Source of the DNA: the human T2T-CHM13v2.0 reference genome, Homo sapiens
Assembly (NCBI RefSeq): GCF_009914755.1
Contig: NC_060925.1
DNA: 64,000 bases
Strand: one strand, 5' to 3'
Under the pieces are notes generated by a model that was given only the letters and a program-made list of their open reading frames with translations, searched no databases and was not told where the DNA came from. The position numbers and the translations under genes are program-made. Shown here in pieces: positions 1 to 23,331 of this stretch (positions are counted from its first letter, which is position 1; each line of letters opens with the position of its first letter).

Positions 1-61
1 ATATATTTTTTAAGGCTTGAATCAAGGGAGATTCTGCCTACCAAAATGCAACTGGGAATAA

Positions 62-400
<339 letters not shown>

Positions 401-928
401 CTTAACTGGGTCTTAAGATAAACGCAAACATTACCCATCTGTAGTTCTAGTGACTTATTTACATATTGGACAAAAATGGGTGTCAAAATCCAGCAGTTAA
501 GCCAGCAAAAGAATCATTCATTGCAACTTTTCTGAGCTCTTTCTATGAGCTAGGCACTTAGTTATATGCTGGGGGAAAGGGCAGTATGTTAACAGACACA
601 GTCCTTGCTCTAATGAGGATTCAAGGCTCATCTGCTAAAAAGGGAGGCTGATTCAGTCTGTTTTTAGAAACACAATTCTTGTGATCTCCCATTCCCATTG
701 TTAAGAAACACTGCTTTCTAAGAGATGTGACCCAAATGGAAGTAGGCATATCACTCTGGCTCTAATAGAGATGGTGCCTTATGCATGTCAGTGAGAATAC
801 CTAGTCAATCTTTTAGTAGTTTAAAATGTCTTCTCCTGTCTCACACACTTAAAATGGCTCATATTTTGATAAGTGTATACTGTCTTTCTAAGTGCCACAA
901 GCCTTTGTTTACTAATATGTGCAATATC

Positions 929-984
929 CTAGTATAATTAAGTCTTAATCTATTAAGTCTAGTATAATTAAGTCTTAATCTATT
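929..984. repeat. 26-bp direct repeat with period 30 (CTAGTATAATTAAGTCTTAATCTATT)
   Basis: Exact copies at 929-954 and 959-984. Confidence 0.95.
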
Positions 985-1251
985 CTTTAGCAATTAAATA
1001 GTAGGAAGTATTTATTATTAATAAAAGTTATATTTAACCAAAGACACATACAGACAATATAAAAGAAGTAAATCATTTATAAGCCCCAAATTCAGAGTTC
1101 CGTTTTTCATATTAGAGGATTCCTCAGTTAAACAAGATTCATAAACTGGTCTTATACATAAAAAACTAAAATTAAAACAAAAAGCTTCTCTTCCTTCACC
1201 CTGCCCCCACCCCGACACACACAAAATATCACAGCAGCACATTTTTCTTAC

Positions 1252-1319
1252 CTTTTTAAATGCTTCAGGCATACACCTGTCCATAAACCTTCTACAATTC
1301 TCATCAGACTCGGAAAGAC
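1252..1319 (-). CDS. USP24: USP24 coding exon 3 (68 nt, G-LSESDENCRRFMDRCMPEAFKK); the gene continues beyond the window start
   Basis: Acceptor attttactaag|GT and donor AAG|GTAAGA. Phase 1 in, phase 0 out; the frame is open and continues exon 2. Confidence 0.93.
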
Positions 1320-1409
1320 CTTAGTAAAATGCATGAAATAATATACTTTATTTAAGTCAGACTCAGAAAGACCTTAGTAAAATGAATGAAATAATACACG
1401 TTATTTAGG
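1304..1409. repeat. 53-bp tandem duplication overlapping the exon 3 acceptor
   Basis: 1304-1356 vs 1357-1409: 48/53 identical, ungapped. Confidence 0.95.
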
Positions 1410-1714
1410 TCTTTGGTAGTTCGTAAAAATCATATACATCATTCTAAATCCATACATATGGAACTATGTCATAGGAACCTTAGTTCTTACGAAATTATTA
1501 AAAGTAGAATATATACCTTTGATGAAGGAAAGGCTGAGAAATAACCATAGCATTAGATTAAATAAATACCAATTGAACTGAAATGATTGAACTTACATTT
1601 CCATGTCAGAGTAACTTCAATGATCTGATTAAATAGCTAATAAAACACCAACAGCAGCTACTTACTAGCCATTATTATTTCCCTAAAAAGTTCTATAGAA
1701 ACACAAATATTTTC

Positions 1715-2037
<323 letters not shown>

Positions 2038-2842
2038 CTAAATTACTCTTCTTCCCTAAAACAAACCAATGAACTCCATTACACAGATTTGTGTCTGGCA
2101 CAATTCACATAGTAAGTGATAAATACTTGCTAAGTTAATGAATAAGTTCCCTGTAAAATCATCTTTTGGAAAAAGTACATTTCTTTATTAAACTCAATAA
2201 TAGGTTTTGCTTATCATTGGGAATACTGCTAAACACACTCTCTTTTTTTCAGACCCACTGCCTAGCATAGTACCTAGATCCTAACAGGTGCTCAATAAAT
2301 GCTACTGCTGAGAAGCCAGTCAGAAATACACCATATTCTGGCCATATTCATTTCATAACTGAATTCAATATGAAAAAATAAGTTATTTTCTCTTTTTTTA
2401 GTACAGGTGTTCATACTGACACCCACTCTTCCAACCTATTGATATTTTATTATTTTAATAGCTTGATATTTATAAAGCTTAAAACAATGTCAGGTACTTA
2501 ATAAGCACAAGTTTGTTAAATAAATATAACTTTCTTCTCTTAAAAAAAAAGCTGTTGAATTGATGAGCCTTAATTTAAAGTACTCCAAGCTTCTGTGGAA
2601 AAAGTTAATTTCAATTTCCATTAAGCTTTTCAATTATATTTTAAATAATCTTATACTCTATCAAAGGTAGAAGAAAACAATTAATTTGGTTCAAAGCTTT
2701 TCTTCTGCAGGAGATAAGTGAAGACTAAGAGAATAAATGATCTGTCCAATAACACACAGCTAGGCAACAACAAAGGCTAAGATTAAACTCAGGCCTTCTA
2801 TGAAACAAATGTCCTCATGTGTTCTAAGGTCTGAAAACTTAC

Positions 2843-3008
2843 CAAGTCTTGCTAGGTAGGTAGATGCCAACAGGCATTTGCCTAGTGATTCTTCTCGCTT
2901 GTAAGGGATGGACCAATGATCAGTCAAAACACGGCTTTCCAGTTCATATAAATTTGTTGTAGGGAATTCAATTCCTTCCCCTGAGCAGTTTCCATTCTCA
3001 TCATTCTT
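2843..3008 (-). CDS. USP24: USP24 coding exon 2 (166 nt, KNDENGNCSGEGIEFPTTNLYELESRVLTDHWSIPYKREESLGKCLLASTYLARL-G)
   Basis: Acceptor ttaatcccttttcgtcag|AAG and donor TTG|GTAAGT. Starts in phase 0, matching exon 1, and ends in phase 1, matching exon 3. Confidence 0.95.
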
Positions 3009-3261
3009 CTGACGAAAAGGGATTAAGATAAAAAGCAAATAAACTAATTAGTGATTACTCTAAAAATTTCCTATGTAACACAGAGCAGATACTGAATCAA
3101 TGGTAGCTATTAATACCAATAGCATGGATTCTACCTTTCTTTCCTATAATCACATCTTTCACCAAGAATATCTCAAATATTCTCAACTTTTATCATTTTG
3201 GCATCTCTACTCGCTCGCTTAGAAGGTGACCTCATCTCTTTCGTTAAAAATGAACTGTCCA

Positions 3262-3796
<535 letters not shown>

Positions 3797-3849
3797 TCAA
3801 ATGCTTGCCTTCATCAACAACCCTCCTGTCTTCACATTTCTTTTCTCAC

Positions 3850-5795
3850 TGAGGGGATAAATTCTTCAAAGAGGTATCTATATTTGCCATCTTCATCTCC
3901 ACACCACTGACTCATTCCTGACAACACCCCAATCTGGATTCCAGAGTCCCTATTCTCCAAAATGGCTACTGTTAAGGTCATCACTGAACTTTATTTCACT
4001 AAATCCAATTAAGTCTCAGTCCTAACCTTACCTCTCAGGAGTATCGGACCTTCTGCCCACTCCCTCCTCTTGAAATGCTGGCTTCTTTTCCCTGCCTCCT
4101 AGAACAGCACACTCTCTGTTCTCCTCCCATGGGTCTGGCTGTTCTAGTCTGTCTCCTCTTCTGGTACATCTTCATCTTCCTAGTCATCAAATACTTCAGT
4201 TCCTCAAACCCCAGTGCTAAGCCGCCTTCTCTTTTTGTTCCTGTCGATTTCTCTGGTTGACCATATCCACACTCCAGATGTCAATTACCTCCTATCTGTA
4301 GATGACTCATACATTTCTATCTCCAGCTTAGACTTCTCCTCTGAGCTTCAGACCCACAAATGCAACTGCCTATTTGACATCTTCTCTAATTCAATGTTTG
4401 CCCCAAACCAAATTCATGATCCTTCCCCCGTAAATCCTGGTCCCCTTCTTGTGTTCTTCATCCCAGTGAATGGCACCAGATTCATCTAGTAGCATAGCCA
4501 GAAGCCAGGGGATCATTCTTAACATTTTGTTCTCCCATCCCCATTCCCAGGACCTGGTGATTGGACCTCATACATTTCTCTCCAATTCCATTCTTAACAC
4601 TTGGTTCTCCCATCCCCATCCCCAGGACCTGGTGATTGGACCTCATACATTTCTCTCCAATTCCTCTACTTCTGTCCATCTCCACAGCTACCACCTAGCC
4701 CTGGTTTATGCCTAGATTACTTCACCAGCTCCCTAACTGGGCTCCATCTGCCTCATACACACATTTACTCTTCATACTGATCTTCATAAAGCACTAATCT
4801 GACGTTAACCTTAAAATCTTCATGGCTTTTCTCTGTTCTTAAGATAAGCCTAAATCATGTTTAAAATATTTTACAAGGCCTTGAATGGTCTATCCCCTAA
4901 CTGTCTCTCTCTAGCTTTCTGCACTCCAGATCATTTCTCTGGGATTTAGCTTCTTGTCAGGCATAATGCTTCATGTATCGGACTATTTTCCCAAAAGGCC
5001 ACAGCAGTATTTCTGGCCCCACATACTCTTCCAGAACCTTGTCTCTCTTCATAATAAAGTGGCATTTACTTCCCCTGGATCTGAACCAGGGTGGAACTGT
5101 GTGTGTGCATGCCTCGGTGAATAGAATACAGCAGAAAGAGACATGTCTAAGCCTAGGTCATGAAAGGCACTACAGCTTCCTCCTGGTTCTCTCTTGGGAC
5201 ACCTCCTCCTGCAACATGGACACCATGTCCTGAGGGAACCCAGGCTAAATGCAGAGGGCCCGTATGGTTGTTTTGTCCAATAGACTCACTAAGGTCTCAT
5301 TGGACAACCAGCCCCTGAAGGCCAGAGGAGGAGCCTTCACATGAGTCCAGCCTACAGTCATCAAGTCATCCCCAGACTTAGTCTTCCAGCTGAGGTTCTC
5401 AGTATCATGGAGCAGAGATAAACTGCTGTCTGAATCCCATCCCCACAGAATCTACGGGCACAATCAATGGTTGCTTTACGCCACTATTCCTGAACTCATC
5501 TTTCTGTTCTCTTTAACCTACTTAACTCCTACACATCTTTAATTCTTTCAGGGAAGCCTTTCCAGAATTTCTAAAATAGACAAATTCCTTCAGTTATCAT
5601 ATACCCTTACCATCCTCAACCTCTCCTTCACAGCACTACTCACAGGTGTAATTTTACATTTATCTGTGATTTGTTTGCCCCTCACTAGACCAAGCTGCCT
5701 AAGGGCATGGACCTTATCTATTTTTGACCACCTCTGTATCTCTAGAAGCTGGCACCTAGCATAAAGTAGGTATTTAATAAATATTGTTAAATGGA
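3850..5795 (+). mobile_element. L2 fragments interrupted by an MLT1-type LTR (~4975-5490)
   Basis: Pyrimidine-rich L2 body; L2 3' end GGCACCTAGCATAAAGTAGGTATTTAATAAATATTGTTAAATG at ~5750-5795. MaLR-like end ATGGTTGCTTTACGCCACTA. Confidence 0.65.
4514..4663. repeat. 75-bp tandem duplication within L2
   Basis: 4514-4588 vs 4589-4663: 3 mismatches. Confidence 0.95.
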
Positions 5796-6634
5796 AAAAT
5801 AATCCATATAAAGCTTCAACTATTAATAGGGTAACTGCCAGACTTTCCTTCAGTTCTCACCATGCTAATTTGTAACAAAGCAAACAGGACCCCAAATTGC
5901 CTAATACGCACACTAGTTTGTATTTTTTTTTTTTGGAAACCTACATATCCTCACAATTTACTATATAATTTAATCATTACAAAATAAAATAATCCCATTT
6001 AAAAATCATGTTTAACCTCAATGAAGAAAAAGATCATAAATATAAAGCAGAAATCATAAAACACAGAAGAAAACTAACTTCAATGCCATATCAATGATAT
6101 CTAAAGAAATCCAACACATTTCTCCCCCCACCCCAACAAAGTCTGTAACTAAATAAAACAAAAAACAGGAAGGTAATTAAGCATAGAAGACAATGTAAAT
6201 TGGACAAGGGTAGAAGGAGGGGGTGATGAACTAAGTACGCTTAGAATCACAATGCATGGGAAAAATTCAGTTTTTAAAGCGTAACACTTTTCAGAAATAC
6301 ATTTAATTCATAAGTACTATAAGTAAGCCAATTTCACTTAAAGGAACCTGATAGGACTCAAATAGTAAAAAATTTAGCATAGTTTTAAATCTGCACACAT
6401 GTGAAATGCTTAAATTTATTACCTTAGGATTAAAGTGGAATTAAGTCATATAAAAACAAAAAATTTCACTTGGCTGATTCCTAAGTGGGTATACGTCATT
6501 ACTATGGAGTATCTATCATTAATTTCTATAGAGTTAATATATCAAATCATACATAAAATCATCAAATGTACTCAGTAGATGTAAAAACTAGAGCCTCTTT
6601 GGTGAAAGAAACAAAAGTCCCCTAGCATCATCAG

Positions 6635-7325
<691 letters not shown>

Positions 7326-7433
7326 TGAGGCTGATTCTGAGGTGGGTGTAGTTCATTACCATGGGATATCCATCATTAATTTCTACAGAAATTAATAAAT
7401 CAAACAACATATGAAATCGTCAAATGTACCTAG

Positions 7434-7888
<455 letters not shown>

Positions 7889-8299
7889 CAAAAAACAGTC
7901 TAAAAATGGTCTAGCCTCTATTCCTAAAAAATGCCAGAGTCACCAAAGACAAGTACACTAGACAAATACGACAACCAAAAACAACATGGTATCCTGGACT
8001 GGATCTTGAAACAGAAATTATTATGTGTTTTATTTTACATTTTAGCTTCAAAGGATTTAGTACTGGATCAATGTTAATTTCCTGGTTTTGATAAATATAC
8101 TAAGGTTAAGAGAATATCCTCATTTTTAGGAAGTATATAAGGGTAAAGGGGCATGGTGTCTGTAATTCATTCTCAAACAGTTCAGGAACAACAAAATACA
8201 TACACATTTTATACACACATGCACATTATATATGTCTGTATATCTAAATACATACATAGAGAGAGAAATAAAGCAAATGTGATAAAATGTTAATATTTA

Positions 8300-14585
<6,286 letters not shown>

Positions 14586-14690
14586 TTGATTAACAAAAAT
14601 GAGTTCAATGATTATAGTCACTAAAGAAAGTGGGTATATATCTAAGAACTGCAAAACACAGAGTTGTACCTAATCTGTAATAAAAATCTA

Positions 14691-15144
<454 letters not shown>

Positions 15145-16317
15145 TTATACACAGGGTTAAGGAATGATACAAAGCAGCACTACATTTTCAGGAGTGTGCT
15201 GCAAACACAAAGAGATAAGCAACCACAGAGGGGGATAGTATGAACCCATATTTTGGTTGGTTTGATATTTTGAGTTATCACTTTTAAGTAGAGCCTGTCC
15301 TTGGCAAAAATTACATACTGACCAAGAGAACACATACAAAGCAGCTCAGTATCGTTCTATTGCAAAATGTCATAGCTCCGAACAGACATAATGTATTGAG
15401 CTTTTAATAAGATCTTTGCAATTTAACTTACTATTTTCTCATTAGATGCCAAATCCAAATGATACAAAAGTAACCATTAATGGTCACTGATTATAAATTA
15501 ATTAAAAACATATTTATTGAGAGTGCTATGCTCCAGACAAAATGCTCAGTGCTGAGGACAAAGATAACGGACACAATTCTTGTCTTTAAAGAAAAGGATA
15601 ATGTGAAAGTAGAGAAAAGGCTGGTGGATGCCAAACCAGCCTGTGGGTGTCCAGGTATATGTGCAGTGAGAACAAACCTGTACACAGTTGAAGAAGTTTA
15701 AAGGAAATCGTGCTCCAGAGAGAAGATTACAGATCAAATTATTTCAAAACCAGTATTTTTCAAGTATATTAATAAAACTTCAACATTTTTAGCCATTTGA
15801 CTACTTGAGTCAATATCTTTGCTGCTTTTTATGATACTCCATCAACTTCATTTAAAATTGAAAAATAATTTTTATAAAATATTTTACAATATTCATGTAA
15901 ATCCAGCAGTTGTTAGGAGATGCACAGCTCTGGCACGAAGGTAGAAGAGAAATGAGCTTGCCAACAATTATTGAATGTCACTTTTAACCTGAAAAATTTT
16001 TAATAACATTAAATCTTGTGTATTCAGTTGTTCAAGAAAAATAATACAGATGAACTAATGTGTTCAATTATGATTTCTAATTGGTCAGTTTACGATTAAA
16101 GTAAGAACAAGTAACATTGTTGGATACATACTCATCTCTTCAGTATTTTAGGCTACTTCCTAAATATGTAATTTTTTTATGCCCACAAATACAAATGAAA
16201 ATATAAACAAGTCTCTGTAACTGCCATAATGCTTTATAGTGCCATAAATATGCTAGGAATTCAAATAGTTATGATTATGACTTCATCTGTTTGCCAACTG
16301 TTTGGACTAAGGCTTAG

Positions 16318-16647
<330 letters not shown>

Positions 16648-17814
16648 CTGGCACTTTTAATTGTTGCAACTGAAGTTTTTCATGGAATTGATACACAGTC
16701 ACTGTACAATATTAATCTACCCCCACACAGTTTAGCAAAGATCTTTAAGTTTAAAATATAGATTATTTTGACAAAAATACCTTTCTGCATCCTACCTTTC
16801 ATATTGCAAATTTTAGTTAGACATGTTTGTACATACGTTGCTATCCATATCCAGAAACTTGCCCGTTTGAAAAACGCAAATGAACCAACATAAGCACAGG
16901 TGATATCCTAACTGGGAGTTAAGTACACATGCACACAAAATCTACCTAATCCTTGCAAATGAGCTTTAAAAAATCAACATGCAAGCTTTTAAGTTAATAA
17001 GAGAGTTTAATATTTAGAAAAAGTACCCTTATTTTTTTAAAGAGACAATAAACTGATTACTCTTGAACCCAACAAGGATACATTACTGTAATTTAAGCCT
17101 TCTTTGTTGAAAGAAGTAAAACCTACTGGGGAGGTACCTACCACCTGCTAGTTTAGAGATAAGCTCCTGTCTGCCCACTGACTCAACAAATACAGATAAA
17201 AGAAAATTATTCAACTTAACGGATAAGAGACTACCAGTGTTGCTTAAAGTTTATTTGAATACTAAATTCAATTACTGAACTATGCTATTAACCAACATGT
17301 GCTCAAAAGAACCTCTGATCAATATATAGAAAAATGAAGATGACAGACTGATCTCTTCACGATGATTTTAAACAGATTTGTCTATTACTTGTGTATTATA
17401 ATAAACAATTAGAAACATATATGTGAAGAGCTTAAGGAAAAACATGCAAACATGGGCATTCGATTGCAAGTCACTAATTTATAATACCTTTCATTAAATA
17501 TTGAGGTTGTCAGTTTTACTAAATATTTTTCAAAGCAATTTGGAGATGGTTATATGCAGATCTGATATTCCCTGTTAATTCAGACTAGAGAAAATAATTC
17601 CTAAAATATTGCTTCCTGGAAAAAGAGAAGATGATAAACAAGTAAGTGTATGCAGTCCCCATGTATGAATACATTGTGTCTGAAGTCTGCAAATGTTTTC
17701 CTGGAATGCATCTTCATTCCATGTTATGAGTAGTAAATAACTTCCTAAACTATTCAACAAAAGCTGACTTTTGTATGTGGTTCCCTGCATTAACCCTTCT
17801 TGGTTATTCAGGTA

Positions 17815-18228
17815 AAGTCAGTCCTCCACACCCATGGGTTCAACCAATTGTGAACTGAAAATATTTGGGAAAAAATGGATGGTTGCATTTGTATTGAACG
17901 GATCTAGACATTTTTTTCTTGTCATTAGTCCTTAAATACATAGAAAGCAATGTATTTACATTTTGTAATTTACATTACAAATAATGTATTTATATACAGT
18001 ATAACAACTACTTGCATAGCATTTATATTGTATTAGGTATTATAAGTAATCTAGAGATGATTTAAAGTACACAGGAGGATGTGCTTAGGATACATGCAAA
18101 TACTAAGCCATTTTATATAAGGGATTTGAGCATTTCGGTATCTGTGGGGAGGGCAGGTGGATACAGATTTTGGTATCCCCAAGGGGGTCCTGAAACCAAC
18201 TCCCCACAGAAACCAAGGGACAACTGTA
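17815..18228 (-). mobile_element. MER2 (Tigger-family MITE)
   Basis: TATTATAAGTAATCTAGAGATGATTTAAAGTA core; terminal CAAGGGACAACTG followed by TA. Confidence 0.8.
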
Positions 18229-19309
18229 TTTAGAATACAGAGAAGCAAGGTTTTCATGAGAAGAGGTTGTCCTATAATCCAAAGGTGATATCTTACATAT
18301 AGAGGGTAACCTTCATTTAATATTTAAGGTTTGGGACATACAGATCATCGATTCCAGGATCCAAAAAGTAGGTAGCTGTTCCAGTCCCAATTTCCTTAGG
18401 GCATCTCCAGTGACTGCAGTTATGCTGGGCCCTCAGTTTTAGCAGCCAGCAGGAAGGAGGAGAGATATGGTAAAGGGGATTGAGATAAATTCAGATGAGA
18501 GCAATATGAGTGAGCAGTAAAGGAGAACTAATACGTCTACTGAGCACCTAGCTGCTACATGTCAGGAACAGCACTAGTAACTATGGAAAAGTGTACATAT
18601 ATTATAATTTAATTATTCTCAAACCTCAGGAGGTAAGAGTTATCATCCTCATTTTTTACATGAGCAAACAAACTGAGGCTCACATAAGGCAAAGTTACTC
18701 ACCAGAAGTCACATTTCTTATGGTCACTTGCCTAACACCAACAGTCATTAAATGCGTTCAGACTGAAATAAAAATTTAAGTCAAGGTTTCTCCAAATCTC
18801 AGGCTCTAGATTAAGCATACTTGAAAGTATTCCAATTCCTCCTAAAATTGGTAGCATAGCATGGCCTCAAAAAACACCAATGCAGAATGGAGGCAAAAAT
18901 GCTTTTACAAAAAACAGAACTTATATAATGCACCCCAAGCCAAGAATTGGGGAGGTAAGAGAGGACTATCAAGTAAAACTTATTTTCTTCCAAAGCACTA
19001 TTATTTTTTAATCCATTAAAACTTAAAGCTCTAGATAAACAGCTATCTAGCAGAAGCAATCAACTTTCATCCTTAATTTTGTTGAAATTTCCTTTACTAA
19101 GTATTACCATCTAACAGATCTAATTGTTGATTCTTTCACTACCACTTGCTAGCTGTGTTACCTTGAATAAACTTCTTAATCTATTTGCCTTTGTTTTCCT
19201 CAATGAGAAAGAGAGCATGGTGCCCGATTTGCAGGATTCCTACACAGATGAGGGATAATTCATCACAGGGCCAGCTACAACACACAGCAACATAAGAAAT
19301 AGAAGCCCA

Positions 19310-19475
19310 GGCTGAGAGCAGTGAGCTCACACCTGTAATCCCAGCAGTTTGGGAGGTTGAGGTGGGTGATCACTTGAGCTCAGAGGGCTGAGGCTGCAGT
19401 GAGCCGTGTTCATGCCACTGTACTCCAGGCTGGGCGACAGAGGGAGACCCTGTCTCAAAAAAAAAAGAAAAAAGA
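19310..19475 (+). mobile_element. Alu monomer or internally deleted Alu
   Basis: Alu-like ends and A-tail; TSD AAGAAATAG. Confidence 0.8.
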
Positions 19476-20449
19476 AATAGTAGCCTAGTCCACTCCTTAG
19501 GCTTCAGATGAATCTTTCTTTGTCCCTCTCTCTCTCTCTCTCTATGCTAGACTCTAACCTTGGTGCCCTCAATGTACTCCAGATTTACCATATCCACAAA
19601 GAACTCGGTTTCTGACTCAAATCTGTTACTTCTCTAACATTCCTAACCCCGGAACTGTGTCCTCGTCCCAGCCAGTTGGTCACATCACAGTAATTCTACC
19701 TTATAAATTTCTTCTGAATAGTCTGTCCTAGCCAAGCCTGCTTACTTGAGGTCTCTGTCCTGTGTTGCTCGGACTGCTGCAATACTCATATAACTGCCAT
19801 TCCTTCTACCAGTCCATATCACCACTCCCGTGCCCCCTCCAAAGGGCCACCAGAATGATCTTCCTTACAACAAAACAAAACAAAACGAAAACCCTAACCC
19901 CAACCCAAACCAAAAAAAGGAAGCTCATCCCATCACTCACTTCCTCAGAAAGCTCCATTTGCTCCCAGCTGCCTAAAGGTGCCTAGAAAGTAAAAGCAAG
20001 CTTCTTGCATTGGCAGGCAAGGCTCTCCATCCTCTGATCACAATCCATCACAATATATGGTTTGCCACTTTCCAAACCTTCTGCTGGAGCTACATACAAG
20101 GTCCTATCATGAAACCATGTATAGCTGTAGGCTGCTCTCTCTGCCTAGGTGGCCCTTTCTCAGCCTGATAAATTCCTACTTCTTCAAAACCACTTCAAGT
20201 ATCATCTCTTCAACAAAATTTTCGAGCGTTGAGATTCCTCCAAGCAAAGGAAGGTATTCTGTCTTCTATTTTTACACAGAATTCTCATTCAGTATTTTCC
20301 AGAGGCTATGAATACATCTATGAATAAGACAGACATACTCTGCCACTGAATCTTGGAAATCTCCTGTCTTTCAGGGAAAAAGACAAATAAGAAATTACAA
20401 TTTCTTGTTAGGAGTGTTACTGTAAGAGTATTACGAAAGTACATAAGGA

Positions 20450-20820
20450 GGCCCATTCAGCCTTTAAAAAGAAGGCAATCTTGCGACATACTATAACATG
20501 AACAAGCCTTGAGGACATCATGCTTAGTGAAATAAGGCAGTCACAGAAAGACAAATATTGTATAGTTCCACTTATATGAGGTATCTGAAGTATTGAAGCT
20601 CAGAAACAGAAAGTAAAGTGGTGGGTGCCAGGAGCTAGGGGGTAGGGGAAAGGAAAGGTTGTTGTTTAACAGGTACAGAGTTTCAGATTTGCAAGATGAA
20701 AAATTTCTGGAGATGTTTCACAACAATTTGAATATACTTAACACTACTGAACTGTACACTTAAAAAAGATTAAGTTGATAAATTTTATGTTATGTGATTT
20801 TTACCAGAGTTAAGAAAAAA
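20450..20820 (+). mobile_element. L1M 3'-end fragment
   Basis: CCTTGAGGACATCATGCTTAGTGAAATAAG...ACTGAACTGTACACTTAAAA followed by an A-rich end. Confidence 0.85.
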
Positions 20821-20899
20821 GGGGGGACCCAGCCTCATCATAGTGAAAGGTAGCCTACCAAATGAAATAATACTTAAGCTGAGACCTAAGTAAATGTCT

Positions 20900-22320
20900 A
20901 CCTTCTTCACCACAGCCTCATATACACATTTAATTCTCAGTTCTCATCTTACCGGACCCATCAGCAATATTTAACAGTGGATCCCTCTTCCTGGAAACAC
21001 CTCTTTCACTTGGTTTCCAGGACACAGTTCTCATTTGGTTCCTCACCCCACCAGCCACTCCTCAGTCTCCTTTGCTGGTTCTGCCTTACCACCCCAAGTC
21101 TCTAAACACTGGAGCACCTTCGAGCTCAGTCCTCAGACTGAGGCTCCCCCTTGGTGACCTCAGTGAGTTGAATCTAATGCATTGTTTTCTACCTAATTTT
21201 CATTATCATTCTTCCAAGGAGACTTTTAGACATCTTTTTCTTAACCATCCTATCCCCCACGAAATTAAATACTAAGAATTGACTGTGTTGGGTAGGGTTG
21301 GGTTTTGGTGTGATCCACTGTAATATCTAAGATTGTTTTTCATCTCCCTCAAGAACCAATTTCCGCCCCCCCAATAGAGTTATATTACCCCTGTTAAGAA
21401 CAGTTTAATGGTTTAAGTGCTATCTCTAAGTTGAAGAGTCACATTTTGGCTCCAGTACAGACTTCTTCTCTGGACACCAGGCACATATCCAACTTCCTTT
21501 TTGACAACTCCACTAGGGTGTTTAATAGGCATCTAAAATTAACATGTTCAAAAACAAACCCCTGATCTTTCTCACCAGATCATGGTATCTCCCTGTTGAA
21601 AACCTTCGATGCCTTTGTTCCTATTCTGACAAAAAGTTATCGTGACAGTTGCCTGCAAGGCCCTAATGGGGAGCTGACCTCTGCCCGTTGAGTTCCAGCC
21701 ATACTGGCCTCCCTGCTGCTCCTCCAACATGCCAGCCCTGCTGCTACCCGGTGTTTTTGCATTAGGTGTTCCTTCCACTTAAAGCAGGAGTTGGCAAAGT
21801 AGAGCCCACTGCCTGTTTCTGTATTTTATTGAAACAAAGACCTGCTTATTTCCTTACATATAGCATATAGTTGCTTTCATACTATAATAGCTAAGTTGAA
21901 TAGCTACAACAGAGACTAAGTATTTACTTTAGGCCTGTTACAGAAAACTTTTGCCCACCCCTAGTTTAGAATGCCGTTCCCTCAGATAACCACAGTTGGC
22001 TTCACCTTCTTCAGGTCTTTGCTCAAATATGACCTGCTCTGTGAGGCCTTCCTTGAATAATCTACTCAAAAAGCAGCCCTTATCATACCCCCTACCCACT
22101 GCTGTCCAGCATGATCTCTCTCCTGTGCTGCTTTTTTTCCACAGTACTTATCATCATCTGACATTCTACATTTCACTTATCTTATTTGTTGTCTGTCTCC
22201 CCTCATTAGGATATAAGCTCCAACAGGGCAGAATTGTTTTGTTTGTTCCATTATCTGTAACAGTCCCTAAGACAGAGTGGGTGCTCAACAAATTCTTGGT
22301 GAATGAATGAGTGAATGTTA
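20900..22320 (+). mobile_element. L2 fragments with a MER58-type hAT element (~21783-21965)
   Basis: L2 3' end GTGCTCAACAAATTCTTGGTGAATGAATGAGTGAATG; MER58-like termini CAGGAGTTGGCAAA...TTTGCCCACCCCT. Confidence 0.7.
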
Positions 22321-22989
22321 AGACCTAATACATGCTTATGAAATGAAAGAAAGGAAACAGATCCTGAGCACAGAGAATTGTATGTGTGTTCAGGCACAAA
22401 AGAGAAAGCATGGCACATTTAAAGCACTACCTTCATAACATCAAATACTGAGCTGTAGTAAACTTCACCTGTTTAAAGTTTGGCTCCCTAATAAGAGTGT
22501 GTTACTCAATGGAGCTCTATCTAATTCTCTATTGTATCTCCAATGTCTATTCGATACCTAAATCACTTGTACAACATCCCCAACAATATCCCAGAACCTC
22601 TGCCTAAATATAGTGACCAGGTGCTTAGGACATTTTGAGATTACCTGTTCCTGTTTTGCCTGTTCAACTGAAATCTATCTCCACATAACTTTGACTAATA
22701 CCTTACCTGACCACAATTAGATGGGATGTTATTTTCTGGGAACTTTTATTTTCTCACTTGTGAAAAGCAAATGCTATTTGCTTTGTTCATTATAACTACG
22801 AAGGGTTTCTGTGAGTACCAAATAAGATAATGTATGAGAAAGTGTTGTTTCTTAACTCAAACCTCATATAATGAAAAGTGAAGAACAATTATGGTTATCT
22901 AAACTGCTCTTAAAAAAGTCATTCTGCACAAATTTTTACTACAGGAATAAAACCCCACTGAAAGCACATTTATATTTCTTTTTTAAAAA

Positions 22990-23128
22990 AATATTAAAAA
23001 TAATTTTTTTTTTAAAGACAGGATCTCACTATGTTGCCCAGGCTGGTCTCAAATACCTCACTTCAAGCAATCCTCCTACCTTGGCCTTCCAACGTGCTGG
23101 GATTACAGGCGTGTGCCACCATCCCCAG
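22990..23128 (-). mobile_element. FLAM-type Alu monomer
   Basis: Reverse left Alu arm. Confidence 0.85.
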
Positions 23129-23331
23129 CCTATATTTCTCATTTTAGAAAGATACTCCATGTTCTCTCAAGCAGTATGTTCTAATCTGTCTTAATGGAAA
23201 TGGAGGATGAAGTCGGAGAGAATGAAAGGGAAAGACAACAAGGCATTTCCGTTTTTGTGTGTAGAAAGAACACAGAATTGAAAGTCAAGTAACATGGTTT
23301 TAAGTCCCACCATGAGCTGTGTGATTTTAGA

